Assembly (NCBI GenBank): GCA_963702475.1
Contig: CAVPCT010000007.1
Location: 1-64,000, forward strand
Origin: an uncultured Thermoleophilia bacterium
Lineage (GTDB): Bacteria; Actinomycetota; Thermoleophilia; UBA2241
Direction of reading: 5' to 3'
DNA: 64,000 nucleotides
The notes below the pieces were generated by a model. That model saw only the letters and a program-made list of their open reading frames with translations. It ran no database searches and had not been told where the DNA came from. Positions within the stretch are counted from its first letter, which is position 1. The number at the start of each line of letters is the position of its first letter. The position numbers and the translations under genes were made by a program. Below are positions 10,970-19,874 of this stretch, one piece after another.

Positions 10970-11025
10970 AACCGCGGGACCCCGCTACTACGGGGGGTGT
11001 GTAGTAGCGGGGTCCATGTGCGGTT
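10970..11025. promoter_or_regulatory. Strong stem-loop in the pdxS upstream region
   Basis: ggaccccgctactac (10977-10991) pairs with gtagtagcggggtcc (11001-11015), 15 bp perfect, with outer aaccgc/gcggtt. Confidence 0.5.
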
Positions 11026-11467
11026 CGGACGAGCGGACTCACTACGGCCAGTGCTTCCAGCTGCGAGCAGTGCATATCGAGGAACGCCTTCGTAGCACGG
11101 CTCGAGCCTTCGAGAGGAGAGTGCCACTGTCGAAGGCTTCGCTGCGTGGGAGAGATACTGATTCGCTGTCCGTGCCATTGCGCGTCTCTTCATGCGGATG
11201 TTCATCTCCTACATGAAAGTGAAACCACAATCCAGGCGGATGTCAAGACAGCTCGCTATGAATCGACTTCCTTGAGAGCGTCCCAGCCTGGCATTGGCGA
11301 GGTTGGCCGCGAAGACAGCAGGGGCCAGTTTTGCGATGGAGCGGTGACCGGCGACCGTCGCATGCCACGGCCTTCGGTTGCAGACGGGTTGCAGATGGGG
11401 CTCGCGACGGGTCAGCAGGACACTCTTCAGGGCAGGCAAAACGCCTGCATCTACGCCTGGAGAATGG

Positions 11468-11543
11468 TGGTAGCGCATACGGGATTCGAACCCGTGTTAC
11501 CGCCGTGAGAGGGCGGCGTCCTAGGCCCCTAGACGAATGCGCC
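11468..11543 (-). tRNA. tRNA-Glu (anticodon CTC), CCA encoded
   Basis: Reverse complement GGCGCAT...CCGCC-CTCTCAC-GGCGG...GGTTCGAATCC...ATGCGCT-ACCA folds as a 76-nt cloverleaf. Confidence 0.95.
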
Positions 11544-11740
11544 ACGCAAGAGGGGCGACGGCCCGATGAGCTGGGCAGTCTGCCGCCGCGGGACGAGCCG
11601 TCCACGGCAGCGGCGCCATAGGGTAGCACAAAGCTGCGCACGCGGGAAACCCGCTGCGGCGGCGCCGGCCAGGCCGGTCGTGCGACCGCCACGGCCGGCG
11701 CCGCGCGACCCACCGGCCGAGGCCGATGTAGGCTCTGTCC

Positions 11741-12667
11741 ATGCACGGGTCTGACCTCACCTACCGGTTGCTCACGCCTGCCGATGCCGAGCGCGCTTTC
11801 GTCGTGTACAGGGAGGCCCTGAACGACTACCTCGCGCCGGCGGGGCAGGAGCTGGTGCCCGAGGAGAACGATCTGACTCCCGGGTTCCTGCACATCCTGC
11901 GACACGACGCGCCGCGCGCCTGGGGGGCGGAGGCGGGAGGGGAGCTGGTCGCGTGGACGAGCGCCATCCAGCGCGGCCGCTGGTGGTTCCTCTCCATGCT
12001 GTTCGTGCTGCCGGGGGCGCAGGGGCGCGGTGTGGGCGGTGAGCTGCTGCGCCGCGCCATGGAAGCGGCCGAAGGGGCCGAGGCCTTCGCCACGGTGACC
12101 GACACGTTGCAGCCGATCTCCAACACGCTGTACGCGCGTCGAGGGATGCTGCCGCGCGAGGCGCTGCTGGGGTTCGCGGGGGCGCCTAAGGTCTCCGAGG
12201 GGCTCCTCGGCCCGTTGCGGCGCGGTGCGCCGCCGGACGGGCTCGAGCCGCAGCCGCTCACGCTGGCGTCCGTCGCGGAGCTCGCCGCGGTGGACGCCGG
12301 GGTGAGCGGGCTCGACCGCACCGTCGACCACGCCTTCTACCTCGGGGAGGAGGGCCGGCGCGGCTGGCTCTTCCGGCGCGCCGGCCGCATCCGCGGCTAC
12401 GTCATGTGTCGGCCCGACGCGCGCATAGGCCCGCTCGCCTGCCTCGACACCGAGGACGTCGCCCCGGTGTTGCGCTACGCCCTCGTTCAACTTGCGGCGC
12501 ATGGGGTCGAGAGGGTCACGGTGCGCGTGCCGGCGTCGTGCGAGGCGGCGCAGCGTGTGCTGTGGGACGCCGGCCTCGTCTTCGAGGACACGCCTGGGCT
12601 GCTGCTGGCGTCGCAGCCGTTCGCCTGGCTCGACAGGTACCTGCCGGCGAGCTACGGCATGTTCTGA
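11741..12667 (+). CDS. GNAT-family N-acetyltransferase with C-terminal second GNAT-like domain
   Basis: LFVLPGAQGRGVGGELL acetyl-CoA motif; RIGPLAC C-terminal motif. Confidence 0.8.
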   Translation: MHGSDLTYRLLTPADAERAFVVYREALNDYLAPAGQELVPEENDLTPGFLHILRHDAPRAWGAEAGGELVAWTSAIQRGRWWFLSMLFVLPGAQGRGVGGELLRRAMEAAEGAEAFATVTDTLQPISNTLYARRGMLPREALLGFAGAPKVSEGLLGPLRRGAPPDGLEPQPLTLASVAELAAVDAGVSGLDRTVDHAFYLGEEGRRGWLFRRAGRIRGYVMCRPDARIGPLACLDTEDVAPVLRYALVQLAAHGVERVTVRVPASCEAAQRVLWDAGLVFEDTPGLLLASQPFAWLDRYLPASYGMF

Positions 12668-12852
12668 CGGGCGCGAGTGCGGCGGGCGCCCGCGGCAGCC
12701 GCGTGCCGGGCGCCCGTGCGCAGGGCCGGTTCGCGCTCGCCGACCCATCGCTCCGGCGGTGCGCCCCGCCTGTGCTGGTATGCTGTGCGTCACCGTCGGC
12801 CCGTCCAAGGGGAGGCCACGTGAGCCCAGGTCGCGCCGGGCACGACCACAGC

Positions 12853-14241
12853 ATGCAGCACCTCACCGACGTCCAGACGCGGCGTATCGTCACGCGTGCC
12901 GGTGACGGCTGCGCGGCGATCAGCTGGGACTACCCCGGCAGCACCCTTCTCGAGGTCCGCATCTTCCGCTCGCTCGAGCGTCACGCCGACACGGCCTACG
13001 ACTACGAGAAGGAAGGCAGCGGTCAGACGCTCGTCTACTACGACGTCACCGGCTCCTACCGTGACCAGGGCCTCGAGAACGGGACCAGCTACTTCTATAC
13101 GATGTGGGCCCGACACCCCGGTCAGCAGTGGGTGCACTGGGGCAACTACGAGCTCACGCCGGGGACGCAGTCGGAGAGCGTGACGGGCGAGCTGCCGCAG
13201 GCGGACTCGCTGCGCTCCGGGTTCTGGAAGGTCGTGCGCCGCGTGCTGCCCGCCGTCGCGGCGCTGGTCTGTGCCGGCGCGCTGCTCACGGCGGCGCCGG
13301 CAGCTCTGGCCGCGGGCGAGGACGCGGTCCGGGGCGGCGGAGAAGACTACGCCGCCGCCGCCCTCACCGACCCGGCGGTCAGGGAGGCGCTCGGCGACGT
13401 CTCGTACATCACGTCGGTGACCGAGTGGGGCGGCGCGGGCGACGCAGCCTCGGGCGCGACGGTGCTCTTCACCTGGCCCGCGACGCAGGCCCGCGACGCC
13501 GGTGGCGTCTGGCCGCTGCTCGTCGAGAGCGGACCGCCGGCGTCGCCGTACGAGACCGCCGACTTCCACATCCGCGCGGCCGGCCTCACGGGGCTGGCCG
13601 TCGACGTGCTGGCCGACGGGGGTCGCGTCGTCCAGATCCTGCCCGAAGACGCGGCGACGCAGTTCGAACTGCGCGAGCAGACGTGGCCGCCGTTCTCCTG
13701 GTTCCCCTGGTTCACCGCGTACCCTTGGATCCTGCTGCCGTTGTACGTCGTCATCGGAGTCCTGGTCATCGCCAGGGCTTGGCGACGGTCGCGGGCCTGG
13801 ACCCGCCGCCTGCCGTCCATGACGCGGCACGACCGCCAGTTCATCGGCCGTCTGGTCGTGATGCTCTTCCTTCTCGCCGGCATCGCGTGGATGGTGTACC
13901 AATCGGTGTACGCGGCGAGGGCGCCCACGGCCGATCCGGGCGGCTCCTCCCCCGGCGACCTGGCCACGCTGCCGCTCCTGCTGTTCCCGCCGGCGCTGCT
14001 GCTCGCGGCTCTCATCCTCGAGATCACACCGACGCCGCACCGGGCCGCCTGGGCGCTGGTCGCCCTGCTTGCGGGGGCCGGCAGCCTCTACAACCTCGCC
14101 GCGGCGACCTTGGGCACTGCGACCAACCTCGACCTCACGTACTACGTGCTGCTAGGGATCTTGTGCCTCATCGCCGCTCCCCGCGCCTTCTCCGCCGGGC
14201 GCATGGGCTGGAGCCGGAGCTATCAGCCCAGATTCGGCTGA
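12853..14241 (+). CDS. Hypothetical multi-pass membrane protein with N-terminal FN3-like segment
   Basis: YRDQGLENGTSYFYTMWA is FN3-like; internal signal-like hydrophobic stretch; about 5-6 C-terminal hydrophobic helices. Confidence 0.55.
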   Translation: MQHLTDVQTRRIVTRAGDGCAAISWDYPGSTLLEVRIFRSLERHADTAYDYEKEGSGQTLVYYDVTGSYRDQGLENGTSYFYTMWARHPGQQWVHWGNYELTPGTQSESVTGELPQADSLRSGFWKVVRRVLPAVAALVCAGALLTAAPAALAAGEDAVRGGGEDYAAAALTDPAVREALGDVSYITSVTEWGGAGDAASGATVLFTWPATQARDAGGVWPLLVESGPPASPYETADFHIRAAGLTGLAVDVLADGGRVVQILPEDAATQFELREQTWPPFSWFPWFTAYPWILLPLYVVIGVLVIARAWRRSRAWTRRLPSMTRHDRQFIGRLVVMLFLLAGIAWMVYQSVYAARAPTADPGGSSPGDLATLPLLLFPPALLLAALILEITPTPHRAAWALVALLAGAGSLYNLAAATLGTATNLDLTYYVLLGILCLIAAPRAFSAGRMGWSRSYQPRFG

Positions 14242-14255
14242 GCTCCCAGGTCCTC

Positions 14256-14639
14256 TCACCAGCCCGAGCGCTGGATCAGCTCCACCCAGTTGCCGTCGGG
14301 GTCGGCCACGAAGGCGATGCGCGGCCCGGTCCCCTCCAGCAGGTACGGCTCGCGGACCACTGTGCCACCGGCTGCCGTCATCCCGGGAAGCACCGTGTCG
14401 ATGTCCTCGACCTCGAAGGCGAAGTGGCCGAAGCGCTCGCCGCCCTCGTAGCCGTCGTCCTTGCCCCAGTTGTAGACGAGCTCGATGTCGAAATTGCCCT
14501 CGGGCGGCGAGACGTAGGCGAGCGTCGCCCGGCCCTTCTCCAGCTCGATGCGCCGGCTCTCCTTCATCCCCAGCGCCTCGTAGAAGGCTATGGCCGAGTC
14601 CAGGTGCCTGGTTCGGGTGGCGACGTGTACGAACTTCAT
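14256..14639 (-). CDS. VOC/glyoxalase I (lactoylglutathione lyase)-like protein
   Basis: MKFVHVATR, IELVYNW, FGHFAFEVED, FVADPDGNWVELIQ; GGAG RBS. Confidence 0.88.
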   Translation of the reverse strand: MKFVHVATRTRHLDSAIAFYEALGMKESRRIELEKGRATLAYVSPPEGNFDIELVYNWGKDDGYEGGERFGHFAFEVEDIDTVLPGMTAAGGTVVREPYLLEGTGPRIAFVADPDGNWVELIQRSGW

Positions 14640-14664
14640 GGGGCTCCTCCGGTAGACTCCGTGC

Positions 14665-15207
14665 ATGTCCATCTCTGCGTTCGGCGACAAGATACCCCGC
14701 TTCAGTCCGACTGCCTTCGTCCACCCCGACGCCACCGTCATCGGCAGCGTCGTGTTGCGCGACGGCGCCAACGTCTGGCCGGGCGCCGTGCTGCGCGGTG
14801 ACGTGGAGGTCATCGAGCTCGCCGAGGACGTGAGCTTCCAGGACACCTCGGTGGCGCATACCGACGAGGGGTATCCCATGTTCGTGGGGCGCGACACGCT
14901 CATCGGCCACGGCGTGGTCGTGCACGGTGCGCGCATAGGGGAGCGTTGCCTCATCGGGATGGGAAGCGTGCTGCTCAACGGGTGCGAGATAGGTGACGAG
15001 TGCATCGTCGGCGCCAACGCGCTGGTCACGCAGCGCAGGTCGTTCCCGCCCCGCAGCCTCATCCTGGGCTCGCCGGCCAGGGTGGTGCGCGAGCTCACCG
15101 ACGAAGACCTCCTGCCGCGCGAGGAGCTCACCGGCCGCTACCGGCGGCGCGCGCTGCGATACACGGAGCTGGGAATGGCGGCAGACCTCTCCGCCTTCCG
15201 CAGCTAG
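14665..15207 (+). CDS. Gamma-carbonic anhydrase-family (hexapeptide repeat) protein
   Basis: VWPGAVLRGDV, IGHGVVVHGARIG, GSPARVVREL. Confidence 0.88.
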   Translation: MSISAFGDKIPRFSPTAFVHPDATVIGSVVLRDGANVWPGAVLRGDVEVIELAEDVSFQDTSVAHTDEGYPMFVGRDTLIGHGVVVHGARIGERCLIGMGSVLLNGCEIGDECIVGANALVTQRRSFPPRSLILGSPARVVRELTDEDLLPREELTGRYRRRALRYTELGMAADLSAFRS

Positions 15208-15295
15208 CCTTCTCGTCGCCCTGAGAGCCGTTCTTCGACGAGCCGCCCGGCGCTCGGCGTGATGGAGCCGCACCCATGGGAGCCGTGCACCCCTC

Positions 15296-15341
15296 TTGAC
15301 GAGTGAGCGCTCACTCATTCATACTGGGTGAGCGCTCACTC
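15296..15341 (+). promoter_or_regulatory. Promoter with two palindromic operators, probably bound by the TetR at 17130
   Basis: GAGTGAGCGCTCACTC (15301-15316, perfect palindrome) and GGGTGAGCGCTCACTC (15326-15341) overlap TTGACG (-35) and CATACT (-10). Confidence 0.75.
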
Positions 15342-15360
15342 ACATCATGTGGAGGTCCCG

Positions 15361-16320
15361 GTGTCCGTCATCAGTACCGACAGACTCACGCGCCACTTCG
15401 GCGACATCGTGGCGGTGCGTGAGCTCGATCTCGAGATCTCCGGCGGGGGGGTGGTCGGCCTCGTCGGACCCAATGGCTCCGGCAAGTCCACGCTTATCCG
15501 CTTGCTCCTGGGCCTGATCAGGCCGACCAGCGGCTCCGCCCAAGTCTTCGATTCGTCCATCTCGCACCCGCGCGTCTATGCCTCGCGCATCGGCGCCCTG
15601 ATCGAGAGCCCCGCCTTCGTACCGTCGCTCACGGCGCGCACCAACCTGCGCTCGCTCGCCCGCCTGCGCGGCATCACGAACGCGCGGGTCGACCAGGTAC
15701 TGGAGATCGTGGGGCTGCGTGATCGCAGCAAGGAGCCGGCGAAGCGCTTCTCGCTCGGGATGAAGCAGCGGCTCGGCATTGCCGCCGCGCTGCTCCCCGA
15801 TCCGGAGCTTCTCGTCCTCGACGAGCCCACCAACGGTCTCGACCCTGCCGGCGTCTTCGAGATTCGCCAGCTGCTCCGGTCCCTCGGCGATCAGGGACGC
15901 ACGGTCGTCGTCTCATCGCACCTCCTCAGCGAGATCGAGGCGGCCTGCGACACGCTTGCCGTGATCCGTTACGGCGAACTCCTGTTCTCGGGTCCGCTCG
16001 ACGATCTCGTCGGTCGGGCCGGTGATCGCATCGAGGCCGTGCCGGAGTACCCCCGCGACATCGGCCGTCTCGGCGAGCTCCTTTCGTCGAAGGGCTGGAA
16101 GACGACCGTCCACGACGAGGACGTGCGCGTGAGCGCTTCTGCCTCGCAGGCGGCGGACGTCAACCGCGCGGCCGCCGAGGCCGGCATCACGCTGAGCGCC
16201 CTGCGGCCGCACTCGGCCAGCCTGGAGGAGGTCTTCCTGCGCATGACCGGAGAAGACTTGGGCGACAACGGTCGTCCTACAGGCTCACCCGATGCACAGA
16301 GGACGGAGGTCCCGTCATGA
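15361..16320 (+). CDS. ABC exporter ATP-binding protein
   Basis: GPNGSGKS, FSLGMKQR, LDEPTNGLD, SSH; GGAGG RBS before GTG at 15361. Confidence 0.93.
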   Translation: MSVISTDRLTRHFGDIVAVRELDLEISGGGVVGLVGPNGSGKSTLIRLLLGLIRPTSGSAQVFDSSISHPRVYASRIGALIESPAFVPSLTARTNLRSLARLRGITNARVDQVLEIVGLRDRSKEPAKRFSLGMKQRLGIAAALLPDPELLVLDEPTNGLDPAGVFEIRQLLRSLGDQGRTVVVSSHLLSEIEAACDTLAVIRYGELLFSGPLDDLVGRAGDRIEAVPEYPRDIGRLGELLSSKGWKTTVHDEDVRVSASASQAADVNRAAAEAGITLSALRPHSASLEEVFLRMTGEDLGDNGRPTGSPDAQRTEVPS

Positions 16321-17102
16321 CCCGCGCGATACGATGCGAGTTCACCCGGCTCATGAATCCGGCCCTCATCCTCGGCGGCATGGGACTCATGGTCTTCTTC
16401 GGCGTCCTCTCGACCACCGTTCTCTTCTACACCGTCGGCAGCGGCTCCACCGCCCTCCCGAACACGGGGGGAATCACGTTGGCCGCACTCGAGGCTTCGG
16501 ACGGCATGTTCGCCGGCATGCAGAACTTCGTCGGCATGCTGGGTGTGATCACTCTCGTTGTCTGGGCGATGGGCGCCACCACCGACTACTCGAGCGGGCT
16601 CATCCGTCTGCTCGTCCAGGCCGAGCCCAGCCGCTGGCGCCTGCTTGCCGGCAAGGTCGTGGCGCTGACCGCGTTCACCTGCGTGGCGATGCTCGTGACG
16701 GTCATGGTCGTCATGCCGCTGGCGCCCGTCATCGCCGACCTTGCCGGCATCTCCACCGAGGCCTGGAGCTCCGGCATGCTCGGCACCGTGGTCGCGGGCT
16801 ATCTCCACCTGACGTTGTCTGTGCTCCTCTGGGGCATCGTCGGCCTGTTCGTCGGCATGGTCACACGAAGCGCCGGTATCGCGATCGCCATCGGGATCGG
16901 CTACCTCATGCTGTTCGAAGGCCTCGCCGGAATGCTGCTGGAGAGCACGGCCAAGTGGCTGCCCGGTGAGGTGTTCGGCGTCATCGCCTCGGGAGGGAGC
17001 CCCGACATGTCCTACGGCACGGCCCTGATCGTTGGCGCAGGGTATGCTGTGGCGGCGCTCGCGGCCGCCGTCGTCATGTCCCGTCGCGACGTCACGGCGT
17101 GA
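16317..17102 (+). CDS. ABC-2 type permease
   Basis: Six hydrophobic helices; DYSSG..R, LLAGK, C-terminal RRDV; overlaps the ATPase stop. Confidence 0.88.
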   Translation: MTRAIRCEFTRLMNPALILGGMGLMVFFGVLSTTVLFYTVGSGSTALPNTGGITLAALEASDGMFAGMQNFVGMLGVITLVVWAMGATTDYSSGLIRLLVQAEPSRWRLLAGKVVALTAFTCVAMLVTVMVVMPLAPVIADLAGISTEAWSSGMLGTVVAGYLHLTLSVLLWGIVGLFVGMVTRSAGIAIAIGIGYLMLFEGLAGMLLESTAKWLPGEVFGVIASGGSPDMSYGTALIVGAGYAVAALAAAVVMSRRDVTA

Positions 17103-17129
17103 CGCTGCCGCACGCGCACTGGAGGGCCG

Positions 17130-17789
17130 ATGGCTACTGAACCACCGCGCAAGACCGACACGCGCCAGGCGCTGATCGACGCGGCTCTGGAGGTCTTCCT
17201 GCGGCACGGGTTCGCGCGCGCGACCACGAGGGAGATCGCCCAGACCGCCGGCGTGGCCGAGGGGACGATCTACCGGCACTTCGCGGACAAGTACGCGCTC
17301 TTCCACGAGGTGTTCCTGTCGCTCACGGTCGAGGTCGTGGCCGAGCTGCAACGATTCCGTGAGAGAGCCGGCGGGGGCACAGTCCGCGGCAATCTGGAGA
17401 CCCTCTTCGCGCTGGTCGGCGGCATCCAGGAACAGCTGTCGTCGCTCATGGCTTCGATGTGGGCGGATCCCGAGTTGGCCGAGCACATCGGCTCCCGCGC
17501 GCGGGAGATGGCCCCCGAGGGTTTCATGCCGCCGAGTCCGGTGGCGATGGTCGCCGAGTACATCCGGGCGGAGCAGGAGCTGGGCAGGATCAGGCGAGAC
17601 GTCGACGCGACCGAGGCGGCGGCGGTCGTGGTCTCGGTGCCGTTCGCCGCCGGCATGGAACGCGCACTCAGTACCCACCCTGTCGCCACCGGAGAGTTCC
17701 CCGTGCCCGACGGCTTCCCGAAACCAGCGGCCGGAGCGCTCGACATCCTGGCGCAGGGCCTGGCTCCGACACAGGCGCCGCACGAGTGA
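17130..17789 (+). CDS. TetR/AcrR-family regulator
   Basis: GFARATTREIAQTAGVAEGTIYRHFADK HTH. Confidence 0.92.
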   Translation: MATEPPRKTDTRQALIDAALEVFLRHGFARATTREIAQTAGVAEGTIYRHFADKYALFHEVFLSLTVEVVAELQRFRERAGGGTVRGNLETLFALVGGIQEQLSSLMASMWADPELAEHIGSRAREMAPEGFMPPSPVAMVAEYIRAEQELGRIRRDVDATEAAAVVVSVPFAAGMERALSTHPVATGEFPVPDGFPKPAAGALDILAQGLAPTQAPHE

Positions 17790-17840
17790 GCCGGCACCTC
17801 CGGCCGGAGTGAGCGACCGGCCGGCGGGTATGAAGACCTC

Positions 17841-18428
17841 ATGGCCTCCATCGACCCGGCAGAGACGTTCTGGGCCGCCGACCGCGAGGTATGGCGTGAC
17901 TGGCTGCGAGGCGCACGGCGCTACGCGCACGCAGGTCTGGCTGCTCCTGCGACAAGAAGCACGTCGCCGAGCGGGGCGTGACGCTACGACGAGGCCGTCG
18001 AGGAGGCCCTGTGCTGGGGCTGGATCGACGGCCTCACCAAGGCCTGGGACGCGCAGCGCTACGCGGTGCGCTTCACGCCGCGCAAGCCGCGCAGCATCTG
18101 GAGCGAGTCCAACGTCGCCCGGGTGGAGCGCATGATCGCCGCCGGGCGCATGCAGCCGGCGGGCCAGGCGCTCGTGGACGAGGCGAAGCGGAACGGCTCG
18201 TGGGAGGCGGCGGCGTCGGGGAGGCTCGACGTGACGCCGCCGGACCTGGCGAAGGCGCTCGCGGCCGAGCCGAGTGCGGCGGCGCAATGGGAGGCGTGGG
18301 CGCCGACCAACCGCCGCATGTACGTCTACTGGGTGCTCGACGCGAAGCGCGCCGAGACCAGGGAGCGGCGCGTGGCCGAGGTCGTGCGCCGCGCCGCTGC
18401 CGGGCTGAAGCCCGGCGAGCGAGCCTGA
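17841..18428 (+). CDS. YdeI/OmpD-associated (bacteriocin-protection) family protein, frameshifted
   Basis: WRDWL, YDEAVEEALCWGWIDG, RFTPRKPRSIWSESN, AKRAETRERR across frames. Confidence 0.82.
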
Positions 18429-18436
18429 CGGCGTCC

Positions 18437-19192
18437 TCAGCCGGCGAGGCGTGCCTTCACGGCGGCGACGAGTTGCGGAAGCACCTCGCCGCCGGCCCCG
18501 CGCAGGTGCGCGTCGGCGATCTCGGCGAGCTCGTCGCGCGCGGGGTTCACGTCGATGAGCACCGCACCGGCACGGTGCGCGATGAGCGGCACGGTGGCCG
18601 CGGGGTAGACGACGCCGGAAGTCCCGGCCACCAGCACGACGTCGCAGCGCGCCGCCAGTCGCTGTGCCTCGCTCAGCGCACCCTCCGGGAGGCTCTCGCC
18701 GAACCACACCACGTCGGGGCGCACGAGCTCGCCGTCCGGGCATCGCGGGGGCCGCTGTGTCTGCCCGCTCAGGTCGTCGCGCGTGTAACCACGGTGCCGG
18801 CCCGACATGCAGCGAAAGGTGTGCATCGTGCCGTGCAGCTCGATCACGCGGGCGGAGCCGGCGCGCTGGTGCAGACCGTCAACGTTCTGGGTGACGACGA
18901 CCACGTCCGGCAGCAGCTTCTCGAGCTCGGCGATCGCGAGGTGACCCGGGTTCGGCTCAGCGGCGGCGACGATGCCGAAGCGGTGCTCGTACCAGTCCCA
19001 CACGAGCTCGGGCTGCCGGAGAAAGGCCTCTTCCGTCGCCAGCTCCATGGGGTCGTACCGCGCCCAGAGCCCGGTCTCCGGATCGCGGAAGGTGGGGATG
19101 CCCGATTCCTTGCTGACGCCGGCGCCGGTGTAGACCACCACACGGCCGGCGCCGGCCAGGGCGGTCGCGGCGGCGAGGAGCCTGTCGTCCAC
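18437..19192 (-). CDS. cobB: NAD-dependent protein deacylase (sirtuin)
   Basis: [50 protein letters not shown]. Confidence 0.92.
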   Translation of the reverse strand: MDDRLLAAATALAGAGRVVVYTGAGVSKESGIPTFRDPETGLWARYDPMELATEEAFLRQPELVWDWYEHRFGIVAAAEPNPGHLAIAELEKLLPDVVVVTQNVDGLHQRAGSARVIELHGTMHTFRCMSGRHRGYTRDDLSGQTQRPPRCPDGELVRPDVVWFGESLPEGALSEAQRLAARCDVVLVAGTSGVVYPAATVPLIAHRAGAVLIDVNPARDELAEIADAHLRGAGGEVLPQLVAAVKARLAG

Positions 19193-19259
19193 GTGACCCT
19201 CCGGACAGGATGACCGGCCTCCCTGCACGCTCGGGCCGGAGACTCTACACTGGACAATC

Positions 19260-19751
19260 ATGGACGAGTACGGAGCACAGGACCAGCTGCCGGGGGCGGC
19301 GCCTCCCCCGGCCACGCGCGGCTCCGGCCGGCGCTTTCTCGCTGCGCTCGTGCTCCTGCCCTGGATCCTGGGTTACGGCATCGTGGGCGTGTGGGCCGTC
19401 GTCTTCGGCGCGCGCAACGCCGCGGCCGGCCACGCGCTCGTCGACGCCGGGTACACGCGTATGGTCACGCCCGGCGGCGTGATCCTCGTCGGCGCACTGC
19501 TGCTGGCCGCGTTCGCGACGCTTCTCGCCGCCGCGCTGCTGCTCGCGTTCGGATCCCGGCGCCGCGGCGTCTGGACGGCGGTCGCCGTCGCGGCCGCGGC
19601 GCTCGCGGCCGGAGCCGCATGGGCCGGCGTGCGTGGCGAGCTGGCCCCGATCCTCTGGATCCTGTTCTTCTTCGGACTCGTCTACGCCCTGGCGGTGGCG
19701 GCCGTCGGCGTGTGGCGCGCCGGCCGCAGCGAGCGCGTCATCCGCCCTTGA
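19260..19751 (+). CDS. Hypothetical membrane protein (about 4 TM)
   Basis: Four hydrophobic segments; fills the gap between cobB and the malic enzyme. Confidence 0.65.
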   Translation: MDEYGAQDQLPGAAPPPATRGSGRRFLAALVLLPWILGYGIVGVWAVVFGARNAAAGHALVDAGYTRMVTPGGVILVGALLLAAFATLLAAALLLAFGSRRRGVWTAVAVAAAALAAGAAWAGVRGELAPILWILFFFGLVYALAVAAVGVWRAGRSERVIRP

Positions 19752-19874
19752 GCGCGCTCCCGGCTTCATTGTCCGGCTCTGCTTTCCGATATACGGTTAA
19801 CACGATGTGGTATCCACGCCTGTCTCCCGGCGGGACCCGGAGCCCCGCCCGGCGGTCTACACGGAGGTCCTCTC

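Noticed and set aside
15969-18743. Long antisense or alternate-frame ORFs (924 aa here; also 52299-54809, 34870-37377, 44561-46474)
   Set aside because: Arg/Gly/Pro-rich shadows of real genes in high-GC DNA, with no recognisable motifs.
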